Assembly: GCA_004431415.1 (NCBI GenBank)
Contig: QPMI01000449.1
Span: 124,001-188,000 of the forward strand
From: Cyanophora paradoxa CCMP329
Taxonomy: Eukaryota > Plantae > Glaucophyta
Length of the DNA: 64,000 nt
Direction of reading: 5' to 3'
Shown here: one piece after another, positions 12,001 through 23,404 of the stretch
Layout: every line of letters starts with the position of its first letter
Position numbering within the stretch: the first letter of the stretch is position 1
Program-made: the position numbers and the translations under genes
Notes under the pieces: generated by a model
Told to the model about the DNA's origin: nothing
The model's database searches: none
The model's input: only the letters and a program-made list of their open reading frames with translations

Positions 12001-15000
12001 CGTGCGCGGCCTGCCGCCAGGCCGTTGCCCCTCGCGGGGCGGTGATATTATCGCGGCCGCCCCGCGTGGTGATATATATAGGCCATAAGCTCACTGCAGT
12101 GCAAGCCTTGTTTGTACGGATATCGATGCGTCTGACGCGCGCGCCCTGGCGGACAGGCGGCCGCCGCGCGTGCAAGAGTACCTGCGGCGCGCCGCCCAGC
12201 GGCCACTCTCGCCCCAAGAACTCGAGGAGGTGCTTCAAACTCGAATGTCTCGTCGTATGTTCGTCGACTCCGATCCGCTGACCGAGCCGCGTTCCGAACA
12301 GCAATTCGAGACGACTCTGATTATGTCGGGGGCGACTGTGAGCGCCTACAACTCGAGCCAGGTGCCTTCAGCCTTTCGGGAGCCACATACGATTCGGCTT
12401 CGAAGCTCAAGCGAGCGTTCCTCCGTCTCAGATGAACATGAACAAGTACCTTATTTCCAGAGCGGTGAGCGAGCGCGCGCGCGGCCGCGGCCCTGCTGCG
12501 CTCGTCTCCAACCCCGCGCCCGCCCCTCCTTGACGCCGGCGCAGGCTCTGCTGGGGGTCTCTTGCGAGGAGGTCCGCCGGCCCCCCCCCCCCCCCCCCCC
12601 CCCCCCTCCTCCTCCTCCCCCCCTCCTCCCCCCCAAAATCGCAAGTCCCTCCGGCCATGCCTCCGTTTGAATGGCCACGCCTTCGCCGGTGTGCAGGGGG
12701 GGCCGATGGCGGCGATGTGCCTGTCGCGCGTCGCGCAGCTCACACTCTTCGGCGGCCGCCGCGACGACGCCGTCAAGTGGTGCGCTGGTTTAATTTGATC
12801 TGGCTGATCACAACTAGGAATTTGATAGGTTCTTGTTCGAATTTCTTGTTCCTATCTCCTATATACATAGCTATCTCCTGGCTATAGTTTCCGGTTCTAC
12901 GACGCCGTCAAGTGGTGCACGCGCGAGCGCGCGAGCGCCCCGCGGCCGATCGGCACTGGGCCTCCACCCACGCCTTCAAAGAGCGCATATTTTCCACTCT
13001 ATTTCAACATCGCTGCCTTCTACTACTAGTACTCCCTCCTTTCTCATTTCTAACGTTTCTGATTCGAATTCGAAGGGCGCACCTGGCGTGGGCCGTCGCG
13101 CGCGAGGTCAGATTCAGATTCAGATCAAATTCGGATCTGATCTGAGATCTGAGATCGGGTCCTACAGGTGGATTCCCCCCTCCTCTGGGGCTCGATCGCC
13201 ATCCCCCTCGCCTTCGCCCTCACCCTGTCCCTCGGTCCGAGATTTGATTCGATCCGAGATTTGATCCGAGATTTGATCCGAGATTTGATCCGGGCCGGGG
13301 CCAGACCACGTCGCGGCGGGCTCTGCGTGCGCGTTCTTCGCGGACCACGCATACTCCCAGAAGTGCGCTCCAGTTTCTTGCGCAATTATAACTATTCATA
13401 AGGTCTAGCCAGTTTCGTCTCGAGTAAGGCCTAGGGTTTAGCGCTCCTCACCCCGGCCCCACAATCTGAACCCCCCTGCACTCCAGCACGAGACCGGAGC
13501 TTTTAGTTCCCTATGACCGCATCCTCCTCAAGCTTCTGTTCTATGCGCATCCTTCCTCTAGAATGGACGCTCCCTCTGACAGCACCCTCCTGCGGATCTC
13601 AGCTCCCTCTGACAGCACCCTCCTCCTGTCCATAAATGCGCAGGGACATCTTCCTGCTCGCCGTCATCAACAGCGTGCGGGCCAACCTCGGGCTCCGGGG
13701 CGACCCCGCCACCGCCTTCTCCAACGGAGTCGCCAGCTTCCTCTCCGACCTCCGGGTCCGCCTGCGTGGTCCAGCTTATAAATGATTAGTTGCTGCTAGA
13801 GCTCTATTAAGAGAAAGCTTAAAGCTTTTATGAGCTTGATTCACTTGCCAAGTTGCAATCAAGACTGATCACGAGCTTGAATCACCGATATCGATGCGAC
13901 TACTTCTCGTCCCCCGCCCTAGGCCTACGCCTAGGCCTACGCCTTTGGCCTTACGCTTCCCAACCGAATCGGATCGATCCGGACTTGATCCCGCCCCCGC
14001 CCCCCGGCCCCCTCCCCGCCCCCGCGCAGCGGGTCCTCGAGAGCGTCGCTAACTAAAATGTATAGCGGCCATTAATGTATATAACTAAAAAGAGCTAGCG
14101 GTGGTCCGGGTTACTTGGACTTGGTTATATACATATCCTAGAGCTTGATCATGAGCTTAGGTTCCTCCCCGATGCGACTTCTCGTCCCCTGCCCTAGGCC
14201 TTGGCCCTTCCCAACCGAATCGAATCGATCCGGACTTGATCCCGCCCCGGCCCCCGGCCCCCGCCCCCGCGCAGCTGGTCATCGAGAGCGTCGCCAAGCA
14301 GCCCGACCTCGTCAGCGACTTCCTCGTGGTGCGCCCCGGGCCCGGGCCCGTTCATAACAGTTGGTTTGGTGAACTAGCTAGATCTAGAGTTTATAGTCTC
14401 GTATAGATCTGGTGCTTCGAGTTTCTAGTCTTCGCCCCGGGCCCGGGCTCGTTTATATTAGTTGGTTTGGTGAACTAGCTGTATAGTCTCGTCTATTCTC
14501 CATCGAACTAGCTATAGAACTAGCTATATATAGATCTGGTGCTTCGAGTCTCTGGTCTCGTACAGTCTCGTCTCTCTAGTCTCTAGACTTCCTCGTGGTG
14601 CGCACCGGCCCCGGGCCCGTTTATATTAGTTGGTTTGTTACCGGTGAACTAGCTAGAGTTTACAGTCTCGTATAGATCTGGTGCTTCGAGTTTCTAGTCT
14701 CGTCTCTCTAGTCTCTAGACGTCCCTGTGGTGCGCCTCGGGCCATATGCATGGCGGGCAGGGGAGGCTAGCGGGCCCAGAGGGGGAGGGGGAGTGGGGGC
14801 GGTGCGTGGTGCACCCTCGGCCGGTCTAGTTTGGCGCACTAGAGACTAGACCAGGCGCCCTGGGCCAGTTAAGTCTCTAGATCTAGTCTCGTCTAGTTTA
14901 GTTTGGTGAACTCGATCTAGAACCGAACTGGAGGCTGGGCGTTTCTCCGCCCTTCCGAAGCTCCCCGTGGTCCTCCCCGGGCCGGCGGGCCGGGGAGGCT

Positions 15001-16624
15001 AGCGTGCCTAGAGGGGGAGTTGCGCGGAACTAGTTTGGTTTGGTGGACTAGATCTAGAATCTTCTAGATCGTACGTGGTGCGGCCTGGGCCGGTCTAGAT
15101 CTAGTTTGGTGAGCTAGATATAGAATCAATCGAGCGGCTGGACGTTTCTCCGCCCTTAAGCTTTTTGGCGGTGCGGCCTCTAAGCTTAAGCGCCGTATAG
15201 AGGCGGGGAGAATAGAGGCGAGGCGCTCGCCCATCCAAACTCGGCCGCGGGCCGAAAATCTTTCACTTCAAATTCGTGCATCTGACGCGGCGCCAGCTCA
15301 CGAACACAGTCGCCCTCATGGGGTACACCAGCATGGTGGACCCCGCCGCGGCCCTGGAGGGGTACGAGGACTTCCTCGCCACGCGCGCGAGCAACTTCAA
15401 CGCGAACGTTCGCCTGCAGGTGCCCCTACCCCCCCCCCAACACTTTGAATACGCTTGAGATTGAGCTAAGATATATACAAGTTTCACTGGGCTTAAGAGG
15501 GGCGCGCCCCCTCCTTTGATTAAGCTTTGAGCTCTAGCTTCGAGGTAGACTAGGGAGGAGAGGCCGCGGCCCCTGACCTTTGTTGCCGTGCGCAGGCCCT
15601 CGCCGCCGGCGCCCACGCGGAAGCAAGCCCGGCCCCCCACCCCCGCTTCAAGGCTTTCCGGCACTGCGTTTATAATTACACGTTGTTTTCGCTCGCGATC
15701 GCAGGCTCTTTGGCGGGGGCGGGGCGTGAAGGCGCGCGCCCGCGACGGGCGGAGCCTGGCGCGCCTGGCGGCCGACGCCTGCAGGCTGGTGGGGAAGGCC
15801 CGGGGCACGGACATCGCCGGGCGCCTGTCCGAGTTCTCGGTGCGCGGCAGAGTCCGCCGAACTCTGCCAGGCAGAGTTCGTCGAACTCTGCCAGGCAGAG
15901 CTCAATGCCTAGGCCGCCTCCCGCTTTAAGATTTGGCGCCGCGCACAATTTTCCGCTCATGCATGCGCAGGAACCCTTCTGGAACGCCACCTTCGTGGCG
16001 TATCTTTGCCTCCTCCAAAACGCCGCCGACCGCGCGGGGCCGCCCCCGCTGCCGGCGGCCGTGCTGGTGCCCTGCATTGCGCCGGCGGCCCCCGGGACGG
16101 CCGAGGGCACGCCGCCCCGCGATCGGAAGGCGTCCGCGGGCCAGCCGGCGCCCGAGCCGACGGGCGACGAGCTGCGGGCCGCTGTCCGCGCGGGCTGCCA
16201 CTTCTTCTCGGGCGCTATGGTCCGCCCCCCGAATCCATCCGCCCGAGTCCCGTTAACGTTTTAGTTTGCCTTCGCATAAATTTTCTTGACGGGAACCGAA
16301 CCGCAGTCCCGGGTCTACGCGGTCCGGTCGCTGGCGGAGATCGCGGCTGGCGTGGGCCACTCGGCCAAGGGCAGCTATTCGAAGGCGCTCCGGTGCTTCG
16401 CGCGCGCGGCCGGCATGGCGCGCGCCACCGGCCAGCCCCGCGACACCGCGCGGGCGCTCCTGCTGCAGGCGGCGCACACAGAGGCGGCCGGCGAGCGCGC
16501 CGCGCTGGCCGCCTCGGCCGCCGCCGCCGCCTCTCAGTCCGGGGACCAGGTCTTTTCGGGGCTGGCCCGGCGCGTCGCTGCCGCCTGCGCGGGCCCGGGG
16601 GCCGGCCTCGCCAACTTGCTTTGA
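76..16624 (+). CDS. ADCY10: Soluble adenylate cyclase type 10-like protein (two class III cyclase domains, STAND P-loop NTPase, TPR-like region); multi-exon, 5' end outside the window
   Basis: Spliced exons read KEIEVVEKYGGEVLCFL-GDG-LLVFWP, FLSEFRVVSVL, AVLYSHEGSLRQIVLD-DKGLVFIAVFGLWPF, AHEDDAARA, ITTGLVFC and VNRAAHLMSKA. Walker A is EGTSGT-GKSTL and Walker B is LLVFE-DAHHADSQSW. Later exons read AEGLPML, SLDRLTPSQ-AMTLKLASVAG, EVVYTLLPPAERRALHLRLA and VLAYHYELAG. The last exon ends at TGA 16622-16624. Confidence 0.88.
15846..15903. repeat. Intronic alternating inverted repeat (GGCAGAGTTCG / CGAACTCTGCC units)
   Basis: ggcagagtccgccgaactctgccaggcagagttcgtcgaactctgccaggcagagctc contains a perfect 11-bp hairpin. 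Confidence 0.8.
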
Positions 16625-17179
16625 CCATTGAATCGACGACGCAGTTTTCAATAACGTAGTGCAGTCGCTTAGGGGCAGTTCAATACTATACATATCGACA
16701 GCTGCAGTGTGAAGAACAGTTCGGCATTTGCAAACAATAGTAGAAGTGTATGGATCATGATCATGATGATGCCAGCAATGGACTCGATCAGTGAATTTCG
16801 CACATGTACACGACCGCCTCCCGGACGTCATGATCATCCTCGGGGCGTGCGTGCGCGCCGGAGAACTCGAGGTCAAGGGCTGCGCGGCCGGGGCGGGGCC
16901 AAGTGAGAGAGATGGCTGCAAGGGCTGGGTGATCATGAGAGAGCGGGGCGCCCGCTCGCCTCGAGCTCGGAGGGACGCGGGGGAGGCCACGTGCACGGCC
17001 GCGGAAGCGGGGGCGCTCGGGGGAAGCTCCGCGCCCTCCCAGCGGGATCAATCCCCGCCGGGAAAGAAAGCTCGAGTTCAGGACGAGCCGCTGGAGCCCA
17101 GGAAGGGCAGCGAGTCCAGGAGGAAAGCGAGTCTAGGAGGCCTAGGGCGGCGGGGGCCATCGGGGTGACCGGCACGGCA

Positions 17180-17445
17180 TCAGCGCCGCGCCGCCGGCCT
17201 TCCACAACCCCTCGAGCCGCGGCAGACTCGCCGCAGGCGGCGCACTTTCCGCAGGTCGACCCGCGCCTCTCGCTTGGCGGGCGCGGCCGCGGGCGATGGG
17301 GCGCGGACGGCGGCCATAGCGCGGAGCTTCGCCTCTATCGGCAGGCAGAAGAAGGGCTCATCGCTGCTCACGTCCTCCTGCCCGAACGCCAGCTGCACGA
17401 TGCGCAGAGGAGCGCGTCCGGCAAGTCGACGAGGCCCGCATGCGG
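17180..17445 (-). pseudogene. F-box-like gene fragment or frameshifted gene
   Basis: Minus strand reads GLVDLPDALL, then after a frameshift RIVQLAF...VDLRKVRRLRRVCR, matching the F-box motif of the other F-box genes here. Boundaries are uncertain. Confidence 0.4.
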
Positions 17446-17781
17446 GTCGAGATGCCGAGGACTGATACGCGTGGACCGCTCTGTCAGCCTCGGGCAGCCT
17501 GCGGAAAGGCACGAGAGCGCGAACCTTCACTTCGGGCCCATGGCGAGCCATGGCCCATGGCGTGCGGGCCCTCGCGACCGTCAGCGCACGCCGAGCAGTC
17601 CGCCTTGTCCACGCGCCGGCGCCTAGCTCCCCCTCTTCATCGAGATGTGCACCTGTACCCCGACCTCGCGGCTTGGCCGGGCTTGCCCCGACTTGGCAGG
17701 GTTGCGGGCGCCTCAGCACGCCTCAGCAAGCTCTAAGTCCGCAGCGCAGCTTCGCGCGGCCTCGGCCGCGAACATCCTGGA

Positions 17782-18546
17782 ATGGGGCGGCGCACGTACT
17801 ACTGCGACTACTGCGACAGGAGCTTCCAGGACAACATCGTCTCGCGCAAGCGCCACCTGGACAGCGCGAGCCACCAGGCCGCCGTGCGGGCGCACTACGA
17901 TCTGTTCAAAGACCCGCTGGAGGCCCTACGCTCCGAGGCTGCGAAGCCCATGTGCCAGATGTGGTTCCGTTCGGGCGCCTGCACGTACGGTGCGCTCGGC
18001 CCTCGCGCTCGCTCAGGGCCTGCGGGTTCCCGACCGCTCCCGCGCGCTCTGCAGGCCCGCGGTGCAAGTACAAGCACACCATGATCGATCTCGGTGCGCG
18101 ATGCGTCGCTTTCCATTCCTCGCTGCGCGCTGACGTTGTCCGCAGCGTCGCTCCCGTGCGCCGTCGCCGTGTTCTTCGGTCCTCATCCTCCTTCGCTAAT
18201 CGTGCGCCGCGCAGGCCGCCCGTCGTGCAGGAAGAATCCCTTCCAGGTGCTTAGCGTCGCTCCCCGAGCCGTCTCGTCCCACTTCCCGATATTCCCTCAC
18301 GGGCGCGCGCACGCAGGCCCCTGGGTTCGCGTGGAGAAGCGCAGACCGCTCGCGAAGCCGAAGGACGAGCCCGCTGAGCCCCCGGCGCCCACTCCGGCGC
18401 CCGCCAAGCGACCAGCCACCGGCCCTGTACCCCTCTGGATGATCGCGGCGGAGAGCGGCGTACTCCCCAGCGACCTGCCGCCCAGCATGCACCCGCCGCC
18501 CCCGGGCGGCTGGGTTCTCCAGGGCCCGCCCGCGGAGTGGGGCTGA
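17782..18546 (+). CDS. ZMAT5: U11/U12 snRNP 20-kDa zinc finger protein (matrin-type plus CCCH), multi-exon
   Basis: N-terminus MGRRTYYCDYCDRSFQDNIVSRKRHLDSASHQ, CCCH finger CQMWFRSGACTYG-RCKYKH, C-terminus LPPSMHPPPPGGWVLQGPPAEWG. Confidence 0.92.
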
Positions 18547-19379
18547 AGCCGCCGCCCCCTCAACATCGGCTCGACACTCCTCTCGGAGAGGCACATTCAC
18601 CCGCTCCCTTCGGCGCCGGGTACGCTCCGGCCCGTCTCCCGCTCGAGCCGTGAGACGATCTCCCGTGCCTGACGAAAGATTGCGGCGCGGTTTCCGTGCG
18701 CAGAACGTGGCTCTCTTTCGGCCCTACGGGACCCGCGAACCGCAATCGATATCGGCGCCGGCCCGCTCCCTCTCCGCTCCTAATCCAGCGGGACTAGCCC
18801 CCACCCCCTCGCACGTCTATCAGTCCAGCGGGCCCAGTTTTGGCTGCCACTCGCTCCGCCGCGCGCCGAGGGCCGGGCGGGCCCTCGGAACTCGCCCGCC
18901 CCCTCTCCCTCCGCCCCCGCTCCCCCCCGTTTCCACACGATTCAATCGAATCCGACGGCACACGCGCCGAGGGCGAGAAGTACAAGGAAGGGAAAGCGAC
19001 AAGTTGAAGGCGGGCGGGAAGTGGTAGGGAAGGCGAGGGGGCCAGGGGCGGCGCGGGAGAACGGGATCGTGATCGGGGCGGCGCGGGCCCGATCGCGAGG
19101 CCTAGAAAGGGCCATGATCGGAGGGGGAGAAGGGCACTGGCCGGGACGAGGGGCCGGGAGGAGGGGCCATGATGATAGGACGGGCCCCGCAGGGGGGAGG
19201 GGCGGGCGGGGGGGGGGGGGGGGGGGGGTGGAGGAGGAGGAGGAGGAGGAGGCGGGGGTGGGTGGGGGGTGGAAGAGGTCGTTGGTCGTTGAGGGAAGAG
19301 GGCAGCGGGCCCAGGGAACTCCGTACCCCTTCGAATTCCCCCCCCCCCAAAAAAATCAAAAGTAACCAAAAAGAGTACA

Positions 19380-20116
19380 TCGACCCCGCGCCGCGCTGCG
19401 CAGGCGTCATATTCGCGAGGAGCCCGTCGCAAGCTTTCTAATGACCCCCATATCGCGAGGCCTGGGGAGGGGGGTACAGGCAACTTTCGCACCTGCCCCG
19501 CGGCATGCCGCACACCGTTGAAACGGGCGCGTTGCGGCGAATCCGACGGCGACGGGCGCAAGGCGCGGCGGGCCCGGCGGCCCCGTCGTCCAGGGGTACA
19601 CCTGACAAGCTGCTGGGGGCCTGTCAGACCCCTGCAGAACCAAGCCGGGGGCGAGCGCACCCGTGCCACCCGACGGTTAGAAGCTCTCTCGGACAATGAG
19701 ACTCTGTGTAATTGATGGGCGGCGCCCGCAGGGAGGGGCAGAGGGGCGGATCGTCGTGACGAGAGCGGAATTCGCGTCCGGTCCACGTCGATGGGACGTA
19801 CTCCGGGAGCGGAACCTGCGATCGACCGTGTGCAGACCCTAGCAAAGCGATCGCCGCGGCGCCCGCGCGTTCGAAGACGCCGCGAAGCGCCCGTCCGCCG
19901 CAATTCGTAACCGAGCCGGCGCCGCCACGTTTCAGCGCCGGCACGGGCGGCGGTGCGAGGTCGGCAGTGACTCTGCACACGAATCCTGCGGCACGGGCAA
20001 GCACGCCAGTCAGCCGGGAGCGCAGCCCGCCGCGACGGCGAGCGCCAAACCACCGCGCTGAGACCGGCGGGCTCTCGCGGCCTCGACCTGTGCGCTCCAC
20101 AACCGCACCTCACCAT
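19380..20116 (-). CDS. Possible small multi-exon gene of unknown function
   Basis: ATG at 20116 followed by a GTGCGG donor and several gcag acceptors with ctgac branch points. The reading frame was not resolved. Confidence 0.3.
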
Positions 20117-20647
20117 TTCAAGTTTGAGAGCCGTTGATCTGCGGCAGTATCGGGCGTCTACGTCAGATGCGCCTGAGACCGCGCCACTCGCACGGCCGAC
20201 CGGCAGGGCGGACCGTGAATGGCTTCAGCATGTCTCACGCTGCTCGGCACGTCTGCGTGGCTTGCTTGTTCCGATTTGTTGAATTTTGTTCGCGGCGACG
20301 GGTACGAGAGACACGCCAGCGAGGACTCGAGCGCCTCAGCGAACGAGTGCGCGGCGCGTACGTGCGAGCGCAGGAGTCATCTTAAGCGAGCGCGCAAGGG
20401 CAAGGCTCAGGTGCGGCGGGCGAGGGCCGTTGTGCCTCCTGTCAACACGGCTCGCTCGGCCCGCGCGACGCCCGCTGATCCCCAGAGAGCCCAGATCGGC
20501 GCGGGGAAGGAGTTAGAGCACAGAAATCCGCTCGGAAGCGAGCGCGCTACAGGAAAACACGGGTGGGGACTGGTGCCGCGGGCACGCGACGTTGACGCCC
20601 GCTGAACTTCAGAACTGCGTGCGCAGATCCATCGGGAGCAGCCGGCA

Positions 20648-22300
20648 ATGCTGGGACGCAAGCTTAAGGGTGGGCGCGCGGCGAAGCGGGCCCGCGTCGA
20701 AGAGCTCGACCTCGAGCCAGCTGCAGCGGCAGCCGCGCCTCCAGAAGCGTCAGGTGCATTCGATGCGCTGCCGGACGCGTTGATGGGTGAAGTCTTCAAA
20801 ACGCTCGGGCTGCGGGAGAGCTGGCCCCTGCGCGGCGTGTGCAGGTCCGATCTGCATGCGCTGCAGCTGCCTGCCGCGGCTGCCCTTCGTAGCTGAGGGC
20901 TCAGGATCGCAGGCGGTGGCGACGAGTCGTCGAGGAGACGCAGTGGGCGAGCTTGGAGCTGCGCGTCAAGGACGCGAGCTGCGGGCCGTGCCCAAGGACG
21001 CGGGCAAGGAGCGGGACGTCGTTGAGGGCGCGCACCCTCGTCTCCGCTCCTCGGGAAGCGGAAGCTGCTGCTCGCCAGCGGCAGCAGCGTTGCGATCACG
21101 ATCGAGCGGGCGTCCCAGCAAGCGGCGGAGGTTACGTGCAGCGTCCTCAAGCTTGCAGCCGCCACTCAGCCGCGGGAGGTGGCTGTCAAGCTGCTCAAAG
21201 GATCGACATCGGTCGCCAATGACGAAGGCCCAGCCGATTTCGACGAGCATTTCCTTCGCGGCCTCGAGCTTGGAGTGCTGCGCGCACTGCGGCCGCCGAA
21301 GAAGGCGGCCAGCCGTCTCGAGAGTCTCAGCGTCTGCCTCGACCCCGACAGCGAAGAAGGAGAGTGGGGCGGGTGGCCGTCGGCGTCCGCCGCCGAGCTG
21401 CGGGCCGCCCTCGCCCCCTTCGGCGCTAGCGCTCTTCGCTCCCTCGGGATTTTCGTCGACGACTCCGAAGCCGCGGCCGCCGTCGCCGCCGCCTGTCCCC
21501 TGCTCCGCTCCGTCCGCCTCCAGCCGAAACAAGTTTCGGATGGGGGCGGTTCGTGGGAAGCCGGGGCTTCGGACGTGATGGCGGCCCTGGCTCCCCTCGC
21601 GCACCTCGAGGAGCTGGTGATCGAGTACCCCGACCGCTATATCGGAGACGGTTGGACCCGGGGACTCGACATCAGCGATGGGCTGGTGGCGCTGGCGGAC
21701 GGCGCCGCTGGGAAGACACTGCGGACCATATCGTTTCCGTCTGAGAGGGGGCTCGTAAAGTGCGCGACTAGCTATAGAACTCGACTCAACTCATAAACAT
21801 ACATGTAGAGCTGTAGCTAGCTATATAGGAGCGCAGTCGCGTTTCTTGCTGATACCCCACAATGCAGAAACGACGCTCTTCGTGCACTACAACGCTTGCC
21901 GAATCTGGAATCCATCTCTTGGCTGAGAGTGCGCGCGCAAATCGCTCTCGCTTTCGCCTCGCCATGCATATATGTGTCCACGTATATCAACGCTAACGTC
22001 GACCTTCACGCAGATCTGCGTTTACCCAGGGATGTATTCGTCCGAGGGTGTACAGGCGGGGGGGATCCTGGCCATCGGACGCGTCACGCGGCTGCGAAGT
22101 GTTGGCCTGATTGTCGATCTCGGGGACCCGCCCGTCCTGCAAGCCCTCACGGTGGCGCTCTCCGCCCTGCCCCGCCTCGAGTCGCTGGGTCTGGAGCTGG
22201 ACGGTGGGTCCAGCTGCCGCCGCCGCCGCCGCCGCTGCCGCTGCCCCGCGCTACAAAGACGTGTACAAAGACGCCCTGCAGGGCGTGGGAGGAGGGGGAT
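20648..22300 (+). CDS. F-box / LRR-like protein (lineage-expanded family), possibly frameshifted
   Basis: F-box FDALPDALMGEVFKTLGLRESWPLRGVCR; LRR-like SRLESLSV, ACPLLRSVRL, LAHLEELVI, LPNLESI and LPRLESLGL. The 3' end is approximate. Confidence 0.75.
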
Positions 22301-22600
22301 GGGCGATGGGGGTTGGGGGAAGCGGGGCATTCGGGGAGGCGAACTGTTGACGGGCCGGGGGGCGGACGAGGGTAAAGGGAAGGGGAGGCAAATAGAGCCT
22401 CGGAGCGCTCGGCGCGGCTTCAAGCCTGCGCGAGAACACAATAACATCGTAAGGACAGAGCACAAGCCCCGGGGCCGGAAACAACACACACCGGTGCAGG
22501 TGCTTCCTAAATTGAAGGAGGGCGCCGGCGTGGCCGGGGGCCGCGACTCGTAGAACCCCGCCCCCGCCGCGGGATGAGCGAGCCGTGGGCGCGGCCCGCC

Positions 22601-23222
22601 TCACGGCGCGGCGTCCCCGTCCGGCTCGTCCTCCCGCCTGTGCAGCCGCGCCCGCTCGTGGGCGCTGGCCAGCGCAACGCCGACGGCCGCCCCGGCGCAG
22701 GAGCCGAATACGTCGGCCTGGAAGTCGAGAACGTCCGCCGCCCGGCCCGGGACGAAGTCCTGAGGCGTGCGTGAGCCGATCGATCACGGGGCATCATGAT
22801 CACATGAAACCGCGCCCGCACCTGGAGAACTTCAGTGCATGCGCCGAAGGCGATGCACACGGCGAGGGACGCGAGAGCCGCCTGGCGGATCGGCATGCGC
22901 ATCACGTCCTTGAAGCACGCCGTGCCGAGCGCGCACAGCCCTGCGATTGATATCGATGGGTCAGTTGCAAGATCGCATGCGCATCAGCGGGCGAGGCCCG
23001 CGAGCGAGCACAGGCCGTTAGCGTACCCGCGAAAGCGATGAAGTGCGCCTGCTTGTCCGAGAGGCTGAATGGCAGGGGGAGGCGGGTCGTGAGGCAGCCG
23101 ATCAAAGTCAATGCAATGACAACGGCGAGGGCCACGAGGAGCCCGGCCCGCTGGCTCGCAGGCGCTGGCTGTGGCTGTGAGCTGTCTTGCGTGCGCATCG
23201 CGGCGCGTGCGCCGCGCTCCAT
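22601..23222 (-). CDS. VanZ-like family membrane protein, intron-containing
   Basis: TM helix LLVALAVVIALTLIGCL, then SDKQAHFIAFAG and GACTEVLQ-DFVPGRAADVLDFQADVFG. These match the VanZ motifs DKxxH, ExxQ and PGRxxDxxD. Stop at 22601-22603. Confidence 0.8.
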
Positions 23223-23404
23223 AGCTCGTCGCCCGTCCGCGGTGTTCTTCGCTGTGATCTACTGGGGCGAGGACCGGCCGATCTTGCTCGAAACAAACTC
23301 TACTGTTAGCTACAGCGCAATGGGGTTGCGAACAATGGCCCAGCTGCACCGCGAGCCGCCAAACCTTGTTCAAGAGTGAGTCGAGTTGTGTACCCGGGTC
23401 GAGG

